Assembly: GCA_963702845.1 (NCBI GenBank)
Contig: OY969763.1
Coordinates: 3,968,001 to 4,032,000 of the forward strand
Length of the DNA stretch: 64,000 nt
Source of the DNA: an uncultured Verrucomicrobiae bacterium
GTDB lineage: Bacteria > Verrucomicrobiota > Verrucomicrobiia > Limisphaerales > Palsa-1400
Direction of reading: 5' to 3'
The notes under the pieces were generated by a model that saw only the letters and a list, made by a program, of their open reading frames with translations, was not told where the DNA came from and ran no database searches. Made by a program: the position numbers and the translations under genes. This document shows positions 38,777 to 49,363 of this stretch, piece after piece (position 1 is the first letter of the stretch; every line of letters starts with the position of its first letter).

Positions 38777-39535
38777 GTGCAAAATTACCTGATAGGGCCG
38801 CTGCTCAACGGCGCTGCGATTGTCGTTGCCGTCGCCGTGGCATTGCTCACGCGCAAATCCATCCCGGCGCGGCACCAGGGCAATCTGCGCGTGATCTTCG
38901 GCGCGGCCATTGTTTGGTTTGGCCTCAAGCTGACCTGGTCGAGTCTCACCGGCAGTTTCGGTTTTTGGATGAAACAACTGATGACCATCCTGCTCGCGAT
39001 GGCGCTGGGCAAGATCATCGGCAGAATTTTGCACCTGCAAAAACTCTCCAATTCGATCGGTCGTTTCGCTAACCGCCTCATGGAATCCCGCGTGTCTGGC
39101 CCCCGACCTTCGACGTCCACTCAACCGAACTTCAACGAAGGCTTTCTCGTCGCGACCGCACTATTTTGCGCCGGACCGCTCGCGATTCTCGCTTCAGTCC
39201 AATCCGGCGTCGAAGGATTTGCGCCTATATTCATAGTCAAAGCCGCCCTGGATGCATTGGCCGCAATGGCATTCGCCACAACCTTCGGCTGGAGCCTTGC
39301 GATGTCAGCGATTCCGGTGGTGGCCTTTGAACTGGCGATCATTCGGCTCGTTCAACAACTCATTCCCTGGGCTCACAACCATCCGCAGCCGCTCCTCGAA
39401 TCAATCTTGGCCACCGACGGCCTGCTTATTTTCAGCGTCGCATTAATCATTCTGCAGCTAAAAAAAGTGGAAATCGCCGACTACCTTCCAAGCCTCGCAT
39501 TGGCACCACTGCTAACCTGGCTTTTCAACAGGTAG
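38777..39535 (+). CDS. DUF554-family membrane protein
   Basis: GPLLNGAAI, FCAGPLAIL, KAALD, ADYLPSL. Confidence 0.8.
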   Translation: MQNYLIGPLLNGAAIVVAVAVALLTRKSIPARHQGNLRVIFGAAIVWFGLKLTWSSLTGSFGFWMKQLMTILLAMALGKIIGRILHLQKLSNSIGRFANRLMESRVSGPRPSTSTQPNFNEGFLVATALFCAGPLAILASVQSGVEGFAPIFIVKAALDALAAMAFATTFGWSLAMSAIPVVAFELAIIRLVQQLIPWAHNHPQPLLESILATDGLLIFSVALIILQLKKVEIADYLPSLALAPLLTWLFNR

Positions 39536-39540
39536 CGCTT

Positions 39541-40038
39541 ATGAACGTCTGTCGTCAGAGAAGAATAATCGCAATAGCCGCAGGTCTGGCCTATTTGATT
39601 ATCGTGCTCGCCCTCCTTCTCGGCGTATATACATCGGAGCCGATCGGAAACACTGGAGGCACGGTCTCCTTGAATTTCCTCACCTACACAAACGATGCTC
39701 GGGGCCGGTCATGCGCATCATGTGTACTTTCGAATTCAACCCCGCTGAAAATCCAAATTGTGGTAGCTATGGTCATCCCTCACGAACACGGTCCTTCCGT
39801 TACTACGGGGCAAATTCTGAACCAACGAACCGTATTGTATCCGGGTCGAACCTTTATTCTTAGCCCGCTGATACCAAAAGAAAGATCCACGTTTCAAGTC
39901 ATCTATTCTGATTACGATGTGCGAAACGATTTGCTTCTCTTCGCGCAACGAATGCATTTATTGCGACTGTGCCCAAATAGCTGGAAGCAATCGCGAGGAG
40001 TTGCGCACCTTGTGAATACTGAGATTCCAGCGCAATAA
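39541..40038 (+). CDS. Hypothetical membrane-anchored protein
   Basis: N-terminal TM helix; operon-like spacing. Confidence 0.55.
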   Translation: MNVCRQRRIIAIAAGLAYLIIVLALLLGVYTSEPIGNTGGTVSLNFLTYTNDARGRSCASCVLSNSTPLKIQIVVAMVIPHEHGPSVTTGQILNQRTVLYPGRTFILSPLIPKERSTFQVIYSDYDVRNDLLLFAQRMHLLRLCPNSWKQSRGVAHLVNTEIPAQ

Positions 40039-40196
40039 CCCAACGGACCAAGCACCTACTCCAGTGGGACTATTTTTCGCAAAATAATTATTGCGTGCCC
40101 GCTCCCAGCCTCTACGATTGAAACCCTGTTCGTCAGAAACCGAAGCCCAGTTCGCAAAAACAAACAGCTTCAACTGACTTATTTCGAATTCAAACT

Positions 40197-40484
40197 ATGA
40201 AACATGGCATTTTGCTACATGAATCTCACGACGATGTCGGTGTCGCCGTTGAGGATTTGAAAAAAGGAAGCACCGTCGGCGCGTTGACCCTCGAAGGAAA
40301 AGCCGCTGGAAAAGTAAAACTTCTCCACAACGTTCCGCTCGGTCACAAAGTCGCTCTTCGCGACCTCGCCAAAGACAAACCCGTCATCAAATACGGCCGT
40401 CCCGTGGGCAAAGCCGTCGCCGACATCAAGCGCGGCGCACATGTCCACACCCACAACGTCAAAACCCTGAGGTGGTCAGTATGA
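40197..40484 (+). CDS. suyA: SAF-domain subunit, (2R)-sulfolactate sulfo-lyase alpha-like
   Basis: [33 protein letters not shown]. Confidence 0.75.
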   Translation: MKHGILLHESHDDVGVAVEDLKKGSTVGALTLEGKAAGKVKLLHNVPLGHKVALRDLAKDKPVIKYGRPVGKAVADIKRGAHVHTHNVKTLRWSV

Positions 40485-41647
40485 TCAATCCAAAAAATCT
40501 TAAATTAACCGGCTACAAGCGCGCGAACGGTGCCTACGGCATCCGCAATCACGTTGTCATTCTCCCCGTCGACGACATCTCCAACGCTGCCGCAAACGGC
40601 GTCGCTGCCCTCATCAAAGGCACGATGGCCCTGCCCCATGCCTACGGACGTCTCCAATTCGGCGAAGATCTGGAACTGACCTTCCGCACACTCGCCGGCA
40701 CTGGCCGCAACGCTAACGTCGCTGCCGTCATCGTTATCGGCATCGAACCTGTCTGGACCGATCGCATCGTCAAAGACATCGCTCGCACCGGCAAACCCGT
40801 CGCTGGCTTCACCATCGAACGCACCGGTGACCTGATGACCATCGCCAATGCCGCACGCAAAGCGCAGGAATTCGTCCAATACGCGACCGAACTCCAACGC
40901 GTCCCGTTCCCGATCAACAAACTCGTCATGAGCACCAAGTGCGGCGAGTCCGACACCACCACCGGCCTTTCCTCTTGCCCGACCGTTGGTCGCGTGTTCG
41001 AACGCTTGGAAAAATGCGGCGCGACCATGATCTTCGGTGAAACCAGCGAACTCACTGGCGGCGAAGACATCATTCAATCCCGCTGCGTCAGCCCGAAAGT
41101 CCTCGCTGGCTTCAATGCCATGTTCGAAGACTATACGAACCTGATTAAAGGCCAGGGCGTTGACCTCCTCGGTTCACAACCCACCGAAGGCAACATCCGC
41201 GGCGGACTCACCACCATCGAAGAAAAAGCGATGGGCAACATCCAAAAAATTGGCCGTTGCAAAGTTCAATCTGCGCTCGAACCCGCGTTCGAACCCAAAG
41301 GTCCGGGACTGCATTTCATGGATTCATCCAGTGCAGCCGCCGAAATGATCACCCTTTGCGGCGCCGGCGGTTCAGTCGTGCATTACTTCCCGACTGGCCA
41401 AGGCAACGTCATCGGTAACCCGATCGTTCCCGTCATCAAACTCACCGGCAACCCGCTCACGACTCGGACAATGTCCGAACACGTCGACGTCGATGTCACC
41501 GGCATTCTCCGCATGGAAATGAACCTGGACCAAGCCGCTGACCACGCGTTGGAAGTGCTCCAACGCACCATCAACGGCCGATTCACTGCTGCCGAAGCCT
41601 TGCGTCACGACGAATTCGTCCTGACCAAACTCTACCGCAGCGCCTAA
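40481..41647 (+). CDS. suyB: UxaA-family lyase, (2R)-sulfolactate sulfo-lyase beta-like
   Basis: [54 protein letters not shown]. Confidence 0.78.
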   Translation: MINPKNLKLTGYKRANGAYGIRNHVVILPVDDISNAAANGVAALIKGTMALPHAYGRLQFGEDLELTFRTLAGTGRNANVAAVIVIGIEPVWTDRIVKDIARTGKPVAGFTIERTGDLMTIANAARKAQEFVQYATELQRVPFPINKLVMSTKCGESDTTTGLSSCPTVGRVFERLEKCGATMIFGETSELTGGEDIIQSRCVSPKVLAGFNAMFEDYTNLIKGQGVDLLGSQPTEGNIRGGLTTIEEKAMGNIQKIGRCKVQSALEPAFEPKGPGLHFMDSSSAAAEMITLCGAGGSVVHYFPTGQGNVIGNPIVPVIKLTGNPLTTRTMSEHVDVDVTGILRMEMNLDQAADHALEVLQRTINGRFTAAEALRHDEFVLTKLYRSA

Positions 41648-41674
41648 GGTAGGGACGGTCGCGCTGCGCCGTCC
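41648..41674 (+). repeat. GTAG-type REP-like hairpin
   Basis: GGTAGGGACGGTCGCGCTGCGCCGTCC immediately after the stop codon. Confidence 0.55.
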
Positions 41675-41684
41675 ACTCACTCTC

Positions 41685-41716
41685 AAGCCCCGTCACGAAA
41701 GTGGCGGGGCTTTTTT
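41685..41716 (+). terminator. Intrinsic terminator
   Basis: GCCCCGTCAC-GAAA-GTGGCGGGGC followed by a T run. Confidence 0.85.
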
Positions 41717-41902
41717 ATTAAATTAATCTTCGACCTTCGCGAGAAATCCTTTTCCCGTTTTGGGATTTGAATTTTCTTTGGATTTTGAAGTTTGGATTTT
41801 GAAGTTTAATTCCCAATTCCCCCACCCCACCTCCTCCAAACCTGCAATCCCCTTTCCATCTCCCTCCCGTTCCAAAAAACCTACCCCCGCATAAATTCCG
41901 TC

Positions 41903-42778
41903 ATGAGCACAATCCGCACGAACGACGGCACCGAAATTTACTATAAAGATTGGGGCACCGGGCAACCCATCGTCTTTAGCCACGGCTGGCCGCTGAGCTC
42001 AGACGCCTTCGAAGACCAAATGTTCTTTCTCGCCGAACGCGGCTACCGTTGCATCGCCCACGACCGGCGCGGCCATGGCCGTTCCAGCCAGCCCTGGACC
42101 GGCAACGACCTCAACACCTACGCCGACGACCTCGCCGAACTCGTCCAGGAACTCGAGCTCACCGATGCCATCCACATCGGTCACTCCACAGGCGGTGGTG
42201 AAGTGACTCGCTACATCGCGCGGCACGGAACCGACCGCGTCGCCAAAGCCGTCCTCATCTCCGCCATTCCACCGCTCATGCTCAAAACACCGAACAACCC
42301 CGGCGGCCTGCCCATCCAACCCTTCGACCAAATTCGTCAAGCCGTTCTCACCGACCGCTCCGCATTCTGGAACGATCTCAGCATGCTGTTCTACGGCTAT
42401 AACCGACCCGGCGCGAAAATCTCCGAAGGCGTCCGCCATTCATTTTGGCAACAAAGCATGATGGCTGGCCTGCCCAATGTTTACCAATGCATCAAGGCAT
42501 TCTCCGAAACCGATCAATACGAAGACCTCAAAAAATTCGACATCCCCACCCTCATCATCCAGGGCGACGACGACCAAATCGTCCCCTATTCCAACGCAGC
42601 GTTGCTCCAGGCAAAACTCATCAAAGGCGCAATCCTTAAAACCTACAAAGGCGCTCCGCACGGTCTCTGCACCACCCTGAAAGACCGCGTCAACCAAGAC
42701 CTCCTCGACTTCATCAAGAGTGACCAGACCTCAACAAAGTCTGCCCGCAAACAAAAGCCAGAGCCCGTCCTCCTCTAG
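41903..42778 (+). CDS. Non-heme chloroperoxidase-like alpha/beta hydrolase
   Basis: [38 protein letters not shown]. Confidence 0.9.
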   Translation: MSTIRTNDGTEIYYKDWGTGQPIVFSHGWPLSSDAFEDQMFFLAERGYRCIAHDRRGHGRSSQPWTGNDLNTYADDLAELVQELELTDAIHIGHSTGGGEVTRYIARHGTDRVAKAVLISAIPPLMLKTPNNPGGLPIQPFDQIRQAVLTDRSAFWNDLSMLFYGYNRPGAKISEGVRHSFWQQSMMAGLPNVYQCIKAFSETDQYEDLKKFDIPTLIIQGDDDQIVPYSNAALLQAKLIKGAILKTYKGAPHGLCTTLKDRVNQDLLDFIKSDQTSTKSARKQKPEPVLL

Positions 42779-42803
42779 CAAATTGCGCGATCAACTCGGT
42801 CTC

Positions 42804-42838
42804 AAAGCCCCGCACGAAACTGCAGGGCTTTTTGTTTT
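42804..42838 (+). terminator. Intrinsic terminator
   Basis: AGCCC...CGAAA...GGGCT followed by a T run. Confidence 0.7.
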
Positions 42839-42970
42839 CTAGCCCTCTTCCTCTTTGTGATCTCTGCGCTCTCTGCGGTAAAATAATCTCCGCCTTTCTT
42901 CGCGTTCTTCGCGAGACACCACCTCTCCACAAATCCATTGGACAACCGTCAAACAGAGCTACATTAAAAT

Positions 42971-43351
42971 ATGGAACCCAGCGCACCAACAAATTCAGCA
43001 ACCGACATTGAACATCTGGAAGATTTCGGAGCCCGCCGGCTCCAAAGCGTCCACGCCGCCATTGAAGATTGGGACAACGTCTGCGCCTCGCTCCCCGCAT
43101 GGGAACAGGAAAACCTCACCAGTCCCTATGCAACCGACGACGCCTTGGCACAACACAACCAATGGCTCAAACAACTCCTCTTCTGGGGCCGCCTATATCA
43201 ACGAGCCCTCCGCCACCCCGACTTCCCCGACAAATCATTGGCCGAACGCGTTGAAAACCGCATTTGCCATTTAGAAGACAAATACTCCATCTGGCACGCC
43301 GGCATGACCGGCGAAGATGAAGAGCGGATCCTGAAAGACGCCTTCGACTGA
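42971..43351 (+). CDS. Hypothetical protein
   Basis: 126-aa ATG ORF co-oriented with its neighbours. Confidence 0.55.
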   Translation: MEPSAPTNSATDIEHLEDFGARRLQSVHAAIEDWDNVCASLPAWEQENLTSPYATDDALAQHNQWLKQLLFWGRLYQRALRHPDFPDKSLAERVENRICHLEDKYSIWHAGMTGEDEERILKDAFD

Positions 43352-43452
43352 TCCGCAGACCACCGTTTGCATTCTGAAACCCGTAATTCGGCTACACGGA
43401 TAAACCGTGTTCCATCCGTGGTCGACCCGTGGCAAAATAAAGCATCGTTCAA

Positions 43453-43875
43453 ATGACCGACGCATCCATCACTCGATACATTACCGGAACATTTCCCAAC
43501 GTGGAAACCGCCGAAAACTTCGGCTACACCTTTTTCTTCTACGGCGCGGAGCGCATGCTTCCGTTCGCCACACTCGCCACCGCCGACAACGACTACGACC
43601 GCGTCTCCAATCTCGACCGCCCCGGAGTCTTCCGCCTCAACATCGGCATCACCAAACAAACATTCCAAGCGCTATTCGGGCCGGGCCTTATCGATGTCAG
43701 CACCTACGACTACACCGCCTTAGACAAAATCATGCCGCACCCGGATTACTCCCCGCAAAATTTCATCTGCGTCCTCAGTCCGAGCGATTCGACCTGGGAA
43801 AAAGTCCGCGAATTACTAGCCGAAGCCCATACCATCGCCGCCACCCGCCACGCAAAACGCAAAAAAGATCAATGA
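43453..43875 (+). CDS. DUF6194-like protein
   Basis: [33 protein letters not shown]. Confidence 0.75.
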   Translation: MTDASITRYITGTFPNVETAENFGYTFFFYGAERMLPFATLATADNDYDRVSNLDRPGVFRLNIGITKQTFQALFGPGLIDVSTYDYTALDKIMPHPDYSPQNFICVLSPSDSTWEKVRELLAEAHTIAATRHAKRKKDQ

Positions 43876-43915
43876 CCCAAACACGGCAGGCCTAAAGGTC
43901 CCGAGACATAGGGAG

Positions 43916-44746
43916 ATGTTGTCACCCAACCCACTCTTGCACTCCCCATCCATTCACCCTACGTTTGACAACGTGATCTCAAGGAGACCGATCATCGCGA
44001 AGGCCGCGTTCACATTAATCGAATTGCTCGTCGTCATAGCAATCATCGCCATCATTGCGGCCTTGCTGCTGCCAACCCTCGCCCGCTCCAAAAACGCCGC
44101 GCACTCCGCGAATTGTAAGAGCAATCTCAGACAACTGGGCACCAGTCTCCACATGTTTGTGTCCGATAACCGCTGCTATCCAACCAACGCTTTCCAGACC
44201 AAGCCCCTGTCCCCTCCAAACTCGGACAGATTCTGGCTGGGCAAACTGGCGCGTGAAGGACTTGGCATCCCTCGACCATCCACTAATTTCCAACGCAGCG
44301 GCGTGTGGCGTTGTCCGACAGCACGCTGGAGCGATTCGATGAAAACCGGAAACGACCTGAATAATTTCACTGATTACGGTTACAACGACGATAAGTTCGC
44401 TGGCAAAGGGCTACTCGACAGCACCAATAAATTTGGGCTCGAGGGACATTATCGTCCCGGTCCCGGTTTCGCGTCCGCTTGGCCTTTCATTCCAATCGCC
44501 GAGAACGAAATAGTCGCACCGAGCGAGATGATGGCCATGGGCGATTGCTTTGAAGCCAACGCGCTGTTCACCCGTAGGCGAATCGATGTTTTTACCGAAT
44601 TCGGAAATATCCTCGATCGGCACCAGGGCAAGGCTGAAGTAGTATTCTGCGACGGCCACGTCGAATCGCCCACCCTCCAATTCCTCCTCGAAGACACCAC
44701 TGACGCGGCACTCGCTCGCTGGAACTACGACCATCAGCCCCACTGA
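43916..44746 (+). CDS. Prepilin-type N-terminal / H-X9-DG domain protein (start uncertain)
   Basis: [37 protein letters not shown]. Confidence 0.88.
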   Translation: MLSPNPLLHSPSIHPTFDNVISRRPIIAKAAFTLIELLVVIAIIAIIAALLLPTLARSKNAAHSANCKSNLRQLGTSLHMFVSDNRCYPTNAFQTKPLSPPNSDRFWLGKLAREGLGIPRPSTNFQRSGVWRCPTARWSDSMKTGNDLNNFTDYGYNDDKFAGKGLLDSTNKFGLEGHYRPGPGFASAWPFIPIAENEIVAPSEMMAMGDCFEANALFTRRRIDVFTEFGNILDRHQGKAEVVFCDGHVESPTLQFLLEDTTDAALARWNYDHQPH

Positions 44747-44920
44747 TCTTCGCGCCCATTGCGTCCGTCGCGAGACACGCCTTCGCAACCCCGCTTGCAC
44801 TTTCCTGCATTTCACACCGCAATTTTTGGTGCCTTTTCACGATTTTCGTGCACACAATCGGACGCTCCTCCTCCGTTTTTTACTTCATCCTTCAACCTTG
44901 AGCCTTTAGCCTTGGGGACA

Positions 44921-46300
44921 ATGCCTGCTCAAGAAGTCATCGCGGAACTCCAGAAAATCGTCGGGAACAAAGACGTCCTCACCTCTAAAGAGGACCTCAT
45001 CACTTATTCCTTCGATGGCACCGCCGCCATGAGCCAAATGCCCGGCTGCGTTGTGTTCGTCGAAAACGCCCAGGAAGTCTCCGCCATTCTGAAATTGGCC
45101 AACGAGAAAAAATTTGCCGTCGTCACTCGCGGTTCCGGCACCGGCCTGAGCGGCGGCAGTTTGCCCAGTCCCGACTGCGTTGTCATGTGCACGGTTAAGA
45201 TGGACAAAATCCTCGAACTCGACCGCGCCAATCTCACCATGCTCGTCGAACCCGGCGTGATCACCTTGCAAGTCGCCGACGCCGCGATGGCCGCCGGACT
45301 TTTTTATCCGCCCGATCCTGGCTCGATGAAAATCTCCACCATCGGCGGCAACGTCGCCGAAAATTCCGGCGGCCTGCGCGGGTTGAAATACGGCATCACC
45401 CGCAACTACGTCATGGGCCTCGAAGTCGTTTTGCCCAGTGGTGAAATCATGACTACCGGCAACAAATGCGTCAAAGACGTCGCCGGCTATTCGCTCAAAG
45501 ACATTTTCATCGGCTCCGAAGGAACGCTCGGCGTCATCACCAAAGTTTTGCTGAAGTTGATTCCGAAACCCGCCGCGAAAAAAACGATGGTCGCGACTTT
45601 CTCGCAAATGGACAAAGCCGCCGAAGCGGTCTCCGCCATCATCGCCGCGCAAATCATTCCTTGCACCCTCGAGTTCCTCGACCGCACCACCATTCACTGC
45701 GTCGAAGACTACGCCAAGATTGGTCTGCCGTTGGATTGCGAAGCGTTGCTCCTGATGGAAACCGACGGCCATCCCGCCGCCGTCGCCGACGAGGCCGCCA
45801 GCATGGAAAAAATCTGCCGCGAAAAAGGCTGCATGGAATTCCGCACCGCCGCCGATGACGCCGAAGCCACCAAACTCGCGAGCGCCCGCCGCAGCGCCTT
45901 CTCGGCCCTCGCGCGTGTCGCGCCCACCACAATTTTAGAAGACGCCACCGTCCCACGTAGCGAACTGGCCAAGATGATTCGTTTCGTCGAAGCCATCGCC
46001 ATCAAATACAAACTGCGCATTGGCACCTTCGGCCACATGGGCGACGGCAATTTGCACCCAACCTTCCTGACCGACGAACGCAACAAAGAAGAAATGCATC
46101 GCATCGAAGAAGCCTTCAAAGAAATCTTCGACGAAGCCATCCGTCTCGGGGGCACCATCACCGGCGAACACGGCATCGGTATGGCCAAAAAATCCTTCCT
46201 GCCCAAATTTCTCGGCGAAGCGCAAATGCGCGTCACCCGCGAAATCCGTCGCACCCTGGATCCAAACGGAATCCTCAACCCCGGCAAAATGTTCGATTAA
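44921..46300 (+). CDS. glcD: FAD-linked oxidase, glycolate oxidase subunit GlcD-like
   Basis: [43 protein letters not shown]. Confidence 0.85.
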   Translation: MPAQEVIAELQKIVGNKDVLTSKEDLITYSFDGTAAMSQMPGCVVFVENAQEVSAILKLANEKKFAVVTRGSGTGLSGGSLPSPDCVVMCTVKMDKILELDRANLTMLVEPGVITLQVADAAMAAGLFYPPDPGSMKISTIGGNVAENSGGLRGLKYGITRNYVMGLEVVLPSGEIMTTGNKCVKDVAGYSLKDIFIGSEGTLGVITKVLLKLIPKPAAKKTMVATFSQMDKAAEAVSAIIAAQIIPCTLEFLDRTTIHCVEDYAKIGLPLDCEALLLMETDGHPAAVADEAASMEKICREKGCMEFRTAADDAEATKLASARRSAFSALARVAPTTILEDATVPRSELAKMIRFVEAIAIKYKLRIGTFGHMGDGNLHPTFLTDERNKEEMHRIEEAFKEIFDEAIRLGGTITGEHGIGMAKKSFLPKFLGEAQMRVTREIRRTLDPNGILNPGKMFD

Positions 46301-46328
46301 GGTCGGGCGCGGAGCGACGCGCCCTACC
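46301..46328 (-). repeat. GTAG-type REP
   Basis: Minus strand GGTAGGGCGCGTCGCTCCGCGCCC; similar copies at 47574 and 59117. Confidence 0.7.
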
Positions 46329-46374
46329 AAATTCTAATTGCGTTTCACTCACATTAAGCAAACATTCGCCCCGC

Positions 46375-47550
46375 ATGAAAAAGACCGGTAAATTCGCAGC
46401 ATATCCGAGGTTGAACCCGCTCGGCATCGGCAAAAACATTTCCGCCGCCGACCTGATCGACCAAACATTTTTGGCCTATAACGGCGGCCGCCTCCGCGAA
46501 GCCGCGAAACTGCTCACCGACAAAATGCTGCCGAATAACGGCTTCGTCGGCATGAGCCTCACCGGCGCGCTCACTCCCGCCGGCCTCGGCAAGTCGTGCC
46601 TCATCCCGCTGATGAAAGCAGGCTTCGTCGATTGGATCGTCTCCACCGGCGCGAATCTTTATCACGATTTACACTACGGCCTGAACATGGAACTGTTTCA
46701 AGGTTCCCCGTTTCTCGACGACGTCGTGCTGCATCGCGACGGCGTCATTCGTATTTACGACATTCTGTTCGATTACAACGTCCTGCTCGACACCGACGCG
46801 TTCGTCCGCGAAGTCATTCAAGGTCCGGAATTCCAACGCACCATGGGCACCGACGAATTCCATTATCTCCTCGGCAAATACGTCTCCGAACGCAGCCGCC
46901 AATTGAAGTTGAAAGATAGTTCCGTTCTGGCGACAGCCTACGAATGCGGCATTCCCGTCTTCACCAGCAGTCCGGGCGACAGCTCGATCGGCATGAACGT
47001 CGCGGCCATGAGCATGCGCGATTTAAAACTAATTCCAGACGTGAATCGCGACGTGAACCAAACCGCCGCCATCGTTTACGAAGCCAAATCTTCGGGCCAC
47101 AAATCGTCCGTGTTTATTTTGGGCGGTGGTTCACCGAAAAATTTCATGCTCCAAACCGAGCCGCAAATTCAGGAAGTCATGGGTATCGAAGAAAAAGGTC
47201 ACGATTACTTCCTGCAATGCACCGACGCCCGTCCCGACACCGGTGGTCTCAGCGGCGCGACGCCTGCCGAAGCCGTCAGCTGGGGAAAAGTTGATCCCAA
47301 TTCCCTGCCCGATTGTGTTGTCGCCTATCTCGATTCGACGGTGTCGCTCCCGCTGCTCACGGCTTATGCTTTGAGCCGTTGCAAACCGCGCAAACAAAAG
47401 CGTCTCTACGATCGTCGCGACGCACTCTATGAAAAAGTGCGTTCGCTTTATCTGAAGATCGGCACCGTCTCGAAAATCAAGACGAGCCGCAAAATCGCGA
47501 AGCGCTCGAGTGGCGTTGTTGTGAATAAGACCCTCGACCGCGATCGTTAA
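46375..47550 (+). CDS. Deoxyhypusine-synthase-like protein (homospermidine biosynthesis type)
   Basis: [42 protein letters not shown]. Confidence 0.9.
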   Translation: MKKTGKFAAYPRLNPLGIGKNISAADLIDQTFLAYNGGRLREAAKLLTDKMLPNNGFVGMSLTGALTPAGLGKSCLIPLMKAGFVDWIVSTGANLYHDLHYGLNMELFQGSPFLDDVVLHRDGVIRIYDILFDYNVLLDTDAFVREVIQGPEFQRTMGTDEFHYLLGKYVSERSRQLKLKDSSVLATAYECGIPVFTSSPGDSSIGMNVAAMSMRDLKLIPDVNRDVNQTAAIVYEAKSSGHKSSVFILGGGSPKNFMLQTEPQIQEVMGIEEKGHDYFLQCTDARPDTGGLSGATPAEAVSWGKVDPNSLPDCVVAYLDSTVSLPLLTAYALSRCKPRKQKRLYDRRDALYEKVRSLYLKIGTVSKIKTSRKIAKRSSGVVVNKTLDRDR

Positions 47551-47573
47551 AAGCAAAACGCCGGGGAAAACGA

Positions 47574-47598
47574 GGCGCGCGGAGCGATGCGCCCAACC
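47574..47598 (-). repeat. Degenerate GTAG-type REP
   Basis: Minus strand GGTTGGGCGCATCGCTCCGCGCGCC. Confidence 0.6.
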
Positions 47599-47606
47599 AT
47601 TTTGGC

Positions 47607-47645
47607 AAAAAAAATCCCCGTTGAAGGTTTCCCTTCAACAGGGAG
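47607..47645 (-). terminator. Intrinsic terminator on the minus strand
   Basis: Minus strand TCCCTGTTGAAGG-GAAA-CCTTCAACGGGGA followed by T8. Confidence 0.8.
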
Positions 47646-47900
47646 TTTGGCTTAGCAGGGACTTACATGCGACATGAGGGAACCCAACGAAACCCCACAC
47701 CACTTCGGCCGCCTGCAAAGATTGTCCAAAACTTTTAAAGATCGCTCGGAGCGCTCAAGACGATCCGAGGCAAAAAGAACGTCTGCCGATTGAGTCAGCG
47801 TTTGTGTGTTGAGGATTCAGGAACGGGTCGGCATCTCTAAAGCGTTCCTCAACACACGCTGACTCTTAACTTCAGGTTCAGCTTGCGAGTCCAACTCTAA
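47607..47900 (-). ncRNA. Candidate structured non-coding RNA (unassigned; 5' end uncertain)
   Basis: Intergenic region of about 550 bp with no ORF in the track, a long stem, possible pseudoknot and a minus-strand terminator. Confidence 0.45.
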
Positions 47901-48124
47901 GCTTCTATTCGCTTGTCACAACTCCTCTAAATACGGATTTTATGTCGGGTGGTGTACGGATGGCGTAATCCGTTGTAACTCCCTGCTCTGTCACTATTAC
48001 ATTCTCGGGAAAACCTCTATATCGGCTGATTTTGCTTGAAAACCCAGGGCTCTCCTGCGCTCAATTATAGGGAAATGTCCTGACCCCCTGACATCGAATG
48101 TCGATGGGCGCGGACCCGCATTCT

Positions 48125-49351
48125 ATGCCGTCGCGTATCTCAAGAGCTTTGTTGTTTGTTATCCTGGGACTGCTCAGTGTTTGCACTGGCTACACCCAAG
48201 GCCTCCACAAAACCAACGGTGTCGAAGTCACCCTCTACGATGCCGATCCCACGCACGTGGCCAATCGCGTTTACAAAGCGCTCTTTGCCTGGAAGAGCAA
48301 CGAAGAAGCGCCGCCCAGCCATTGGCCAAAACAAAAGATGGCGCTCGATACCGCCACCTTGAAAGCGGCGTTGGACGAACTGTTGCAAGTTAACATCTCC
48401 AAAGAATTTCCTGATCCGGTGAAGCGTGTGTTTCTACAGCGCGACCTGTGGCTGACCTTCGATTGGTTGGCTCAACAATCGTCCGCGATTGGTTCTGAGA
48501 ATCCAGTTATCGAACGCAAACTGGTGCGCTGCATTCAGCACATCGCATTGCCGCTGGCCCAATTGCGTCAGTTGCCGGATAACTATGATGAGCAACTTAC
48601 CAGCGACATTTTTCCGATCGAATTTGATCGTGCAAATCCAAACACGCCATTTCTGCCGGGCGGATTATGGACGCGCAACAGTGCTTGGATCATGGTTGGC
48701 GATCGGGACACTCGTGGCATTCTCGCCGCTCAACATGTTGATTTTTTCCGCGGTCACAGCGCCTATATGATTTTCGTTCGCGTGCCGGCTGGCCGCACAG
48801 CAACCATTAATTATCTAAACAAGCTGACCACCGCGGCAATGGCGCACAGCAAATTGCCGGAACTTCCCGAAGGCTCACAAATGGCGCTGGTCAACCAAAT
48901 CATGGCGATCGACGACAAAGGCATGCCCTTCCCCACCACCATCACCGAATCTGTTCAGGTCCGCGTTTATCGTCAGCCGAAGAAATCGTTGACCATGGCC
49001 AATGACGCACAATCGCGTTTCGAATTCCGTTTGGATCGCGCCGCATTGTTCGCACACAAGCCGGCTACGCTTCGTCCTATTGACGGAAAAGAAACGGACT
49101 GGGAATTCATCAATTATCTCGGACAGAAAAAAGCCGACGCTGAAGGCAAAGGCCAAATCATGGCAAGCTGCTTCGACTGCCATAACGAGGCCGGCGTCGA
49201 ATCATTCAAAACCTTTACAGAAATGCGCAACGGCGCCGCGCAAATGCACCACCTGACATTGTCGAAGCGCTCTGAAGAAGCAGGCCGCACCGTCACCTGG
49301 AAAAAGCGCCAGCGTGATTTTCAGTTGTTGCGCCAGTTCTGGGTGGAGTAG
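48125..49351 (+). CDS. Secreted hypothetical protein with one C-terminal CxxCH motif
   Basis: Signal peptide; SCFDCHNE. Confidence 0.7.
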   Translation: MPSRISRALLFVILGLLSVCTGYTQGLHKTNGVEVTLYDADPTHVANRVYKALFAWKSNEEAPPSHWPKQKMALDTATLKAALDELLQVNISKEFPDPVKRVFLQRDLWLTFDWLAQQSSAIGSENPVIERKLVRCIQHIALPLAQLRQLPDNYDEQLTSDIFPIEFDRANPNTPFLPGGLWTRNSAWIMVGDRDTRGILAAQHVDFFRGHSAYMIFVRVPAGRTATINYLNKLTTAAMAHSKLPELPEGSQMALVNQIMAIDDKGMPFPTTITESVQVRVYRQPKKSLTMANDAQSRFEFRLDRAALFAHKPATLRPIDGKETDWEFINYLGQKKADAEGKGQIMASCFDCHNEAGVESFKTFTEMRNGAAQMHHLTLSKRSEEAGRTVTWKKRQRDFQLLRQFWVE

Positions 49352-49363
49352 CCTCGCCTCGCG

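Noticed and set aside
47667..47738. 23-codon plus-strand ORF (MRHEGTQ...) in the ncRNA candidate region
   Set aside because: Very short, with no recognisable features; the terminator polarity favours a minus-strand transcript.
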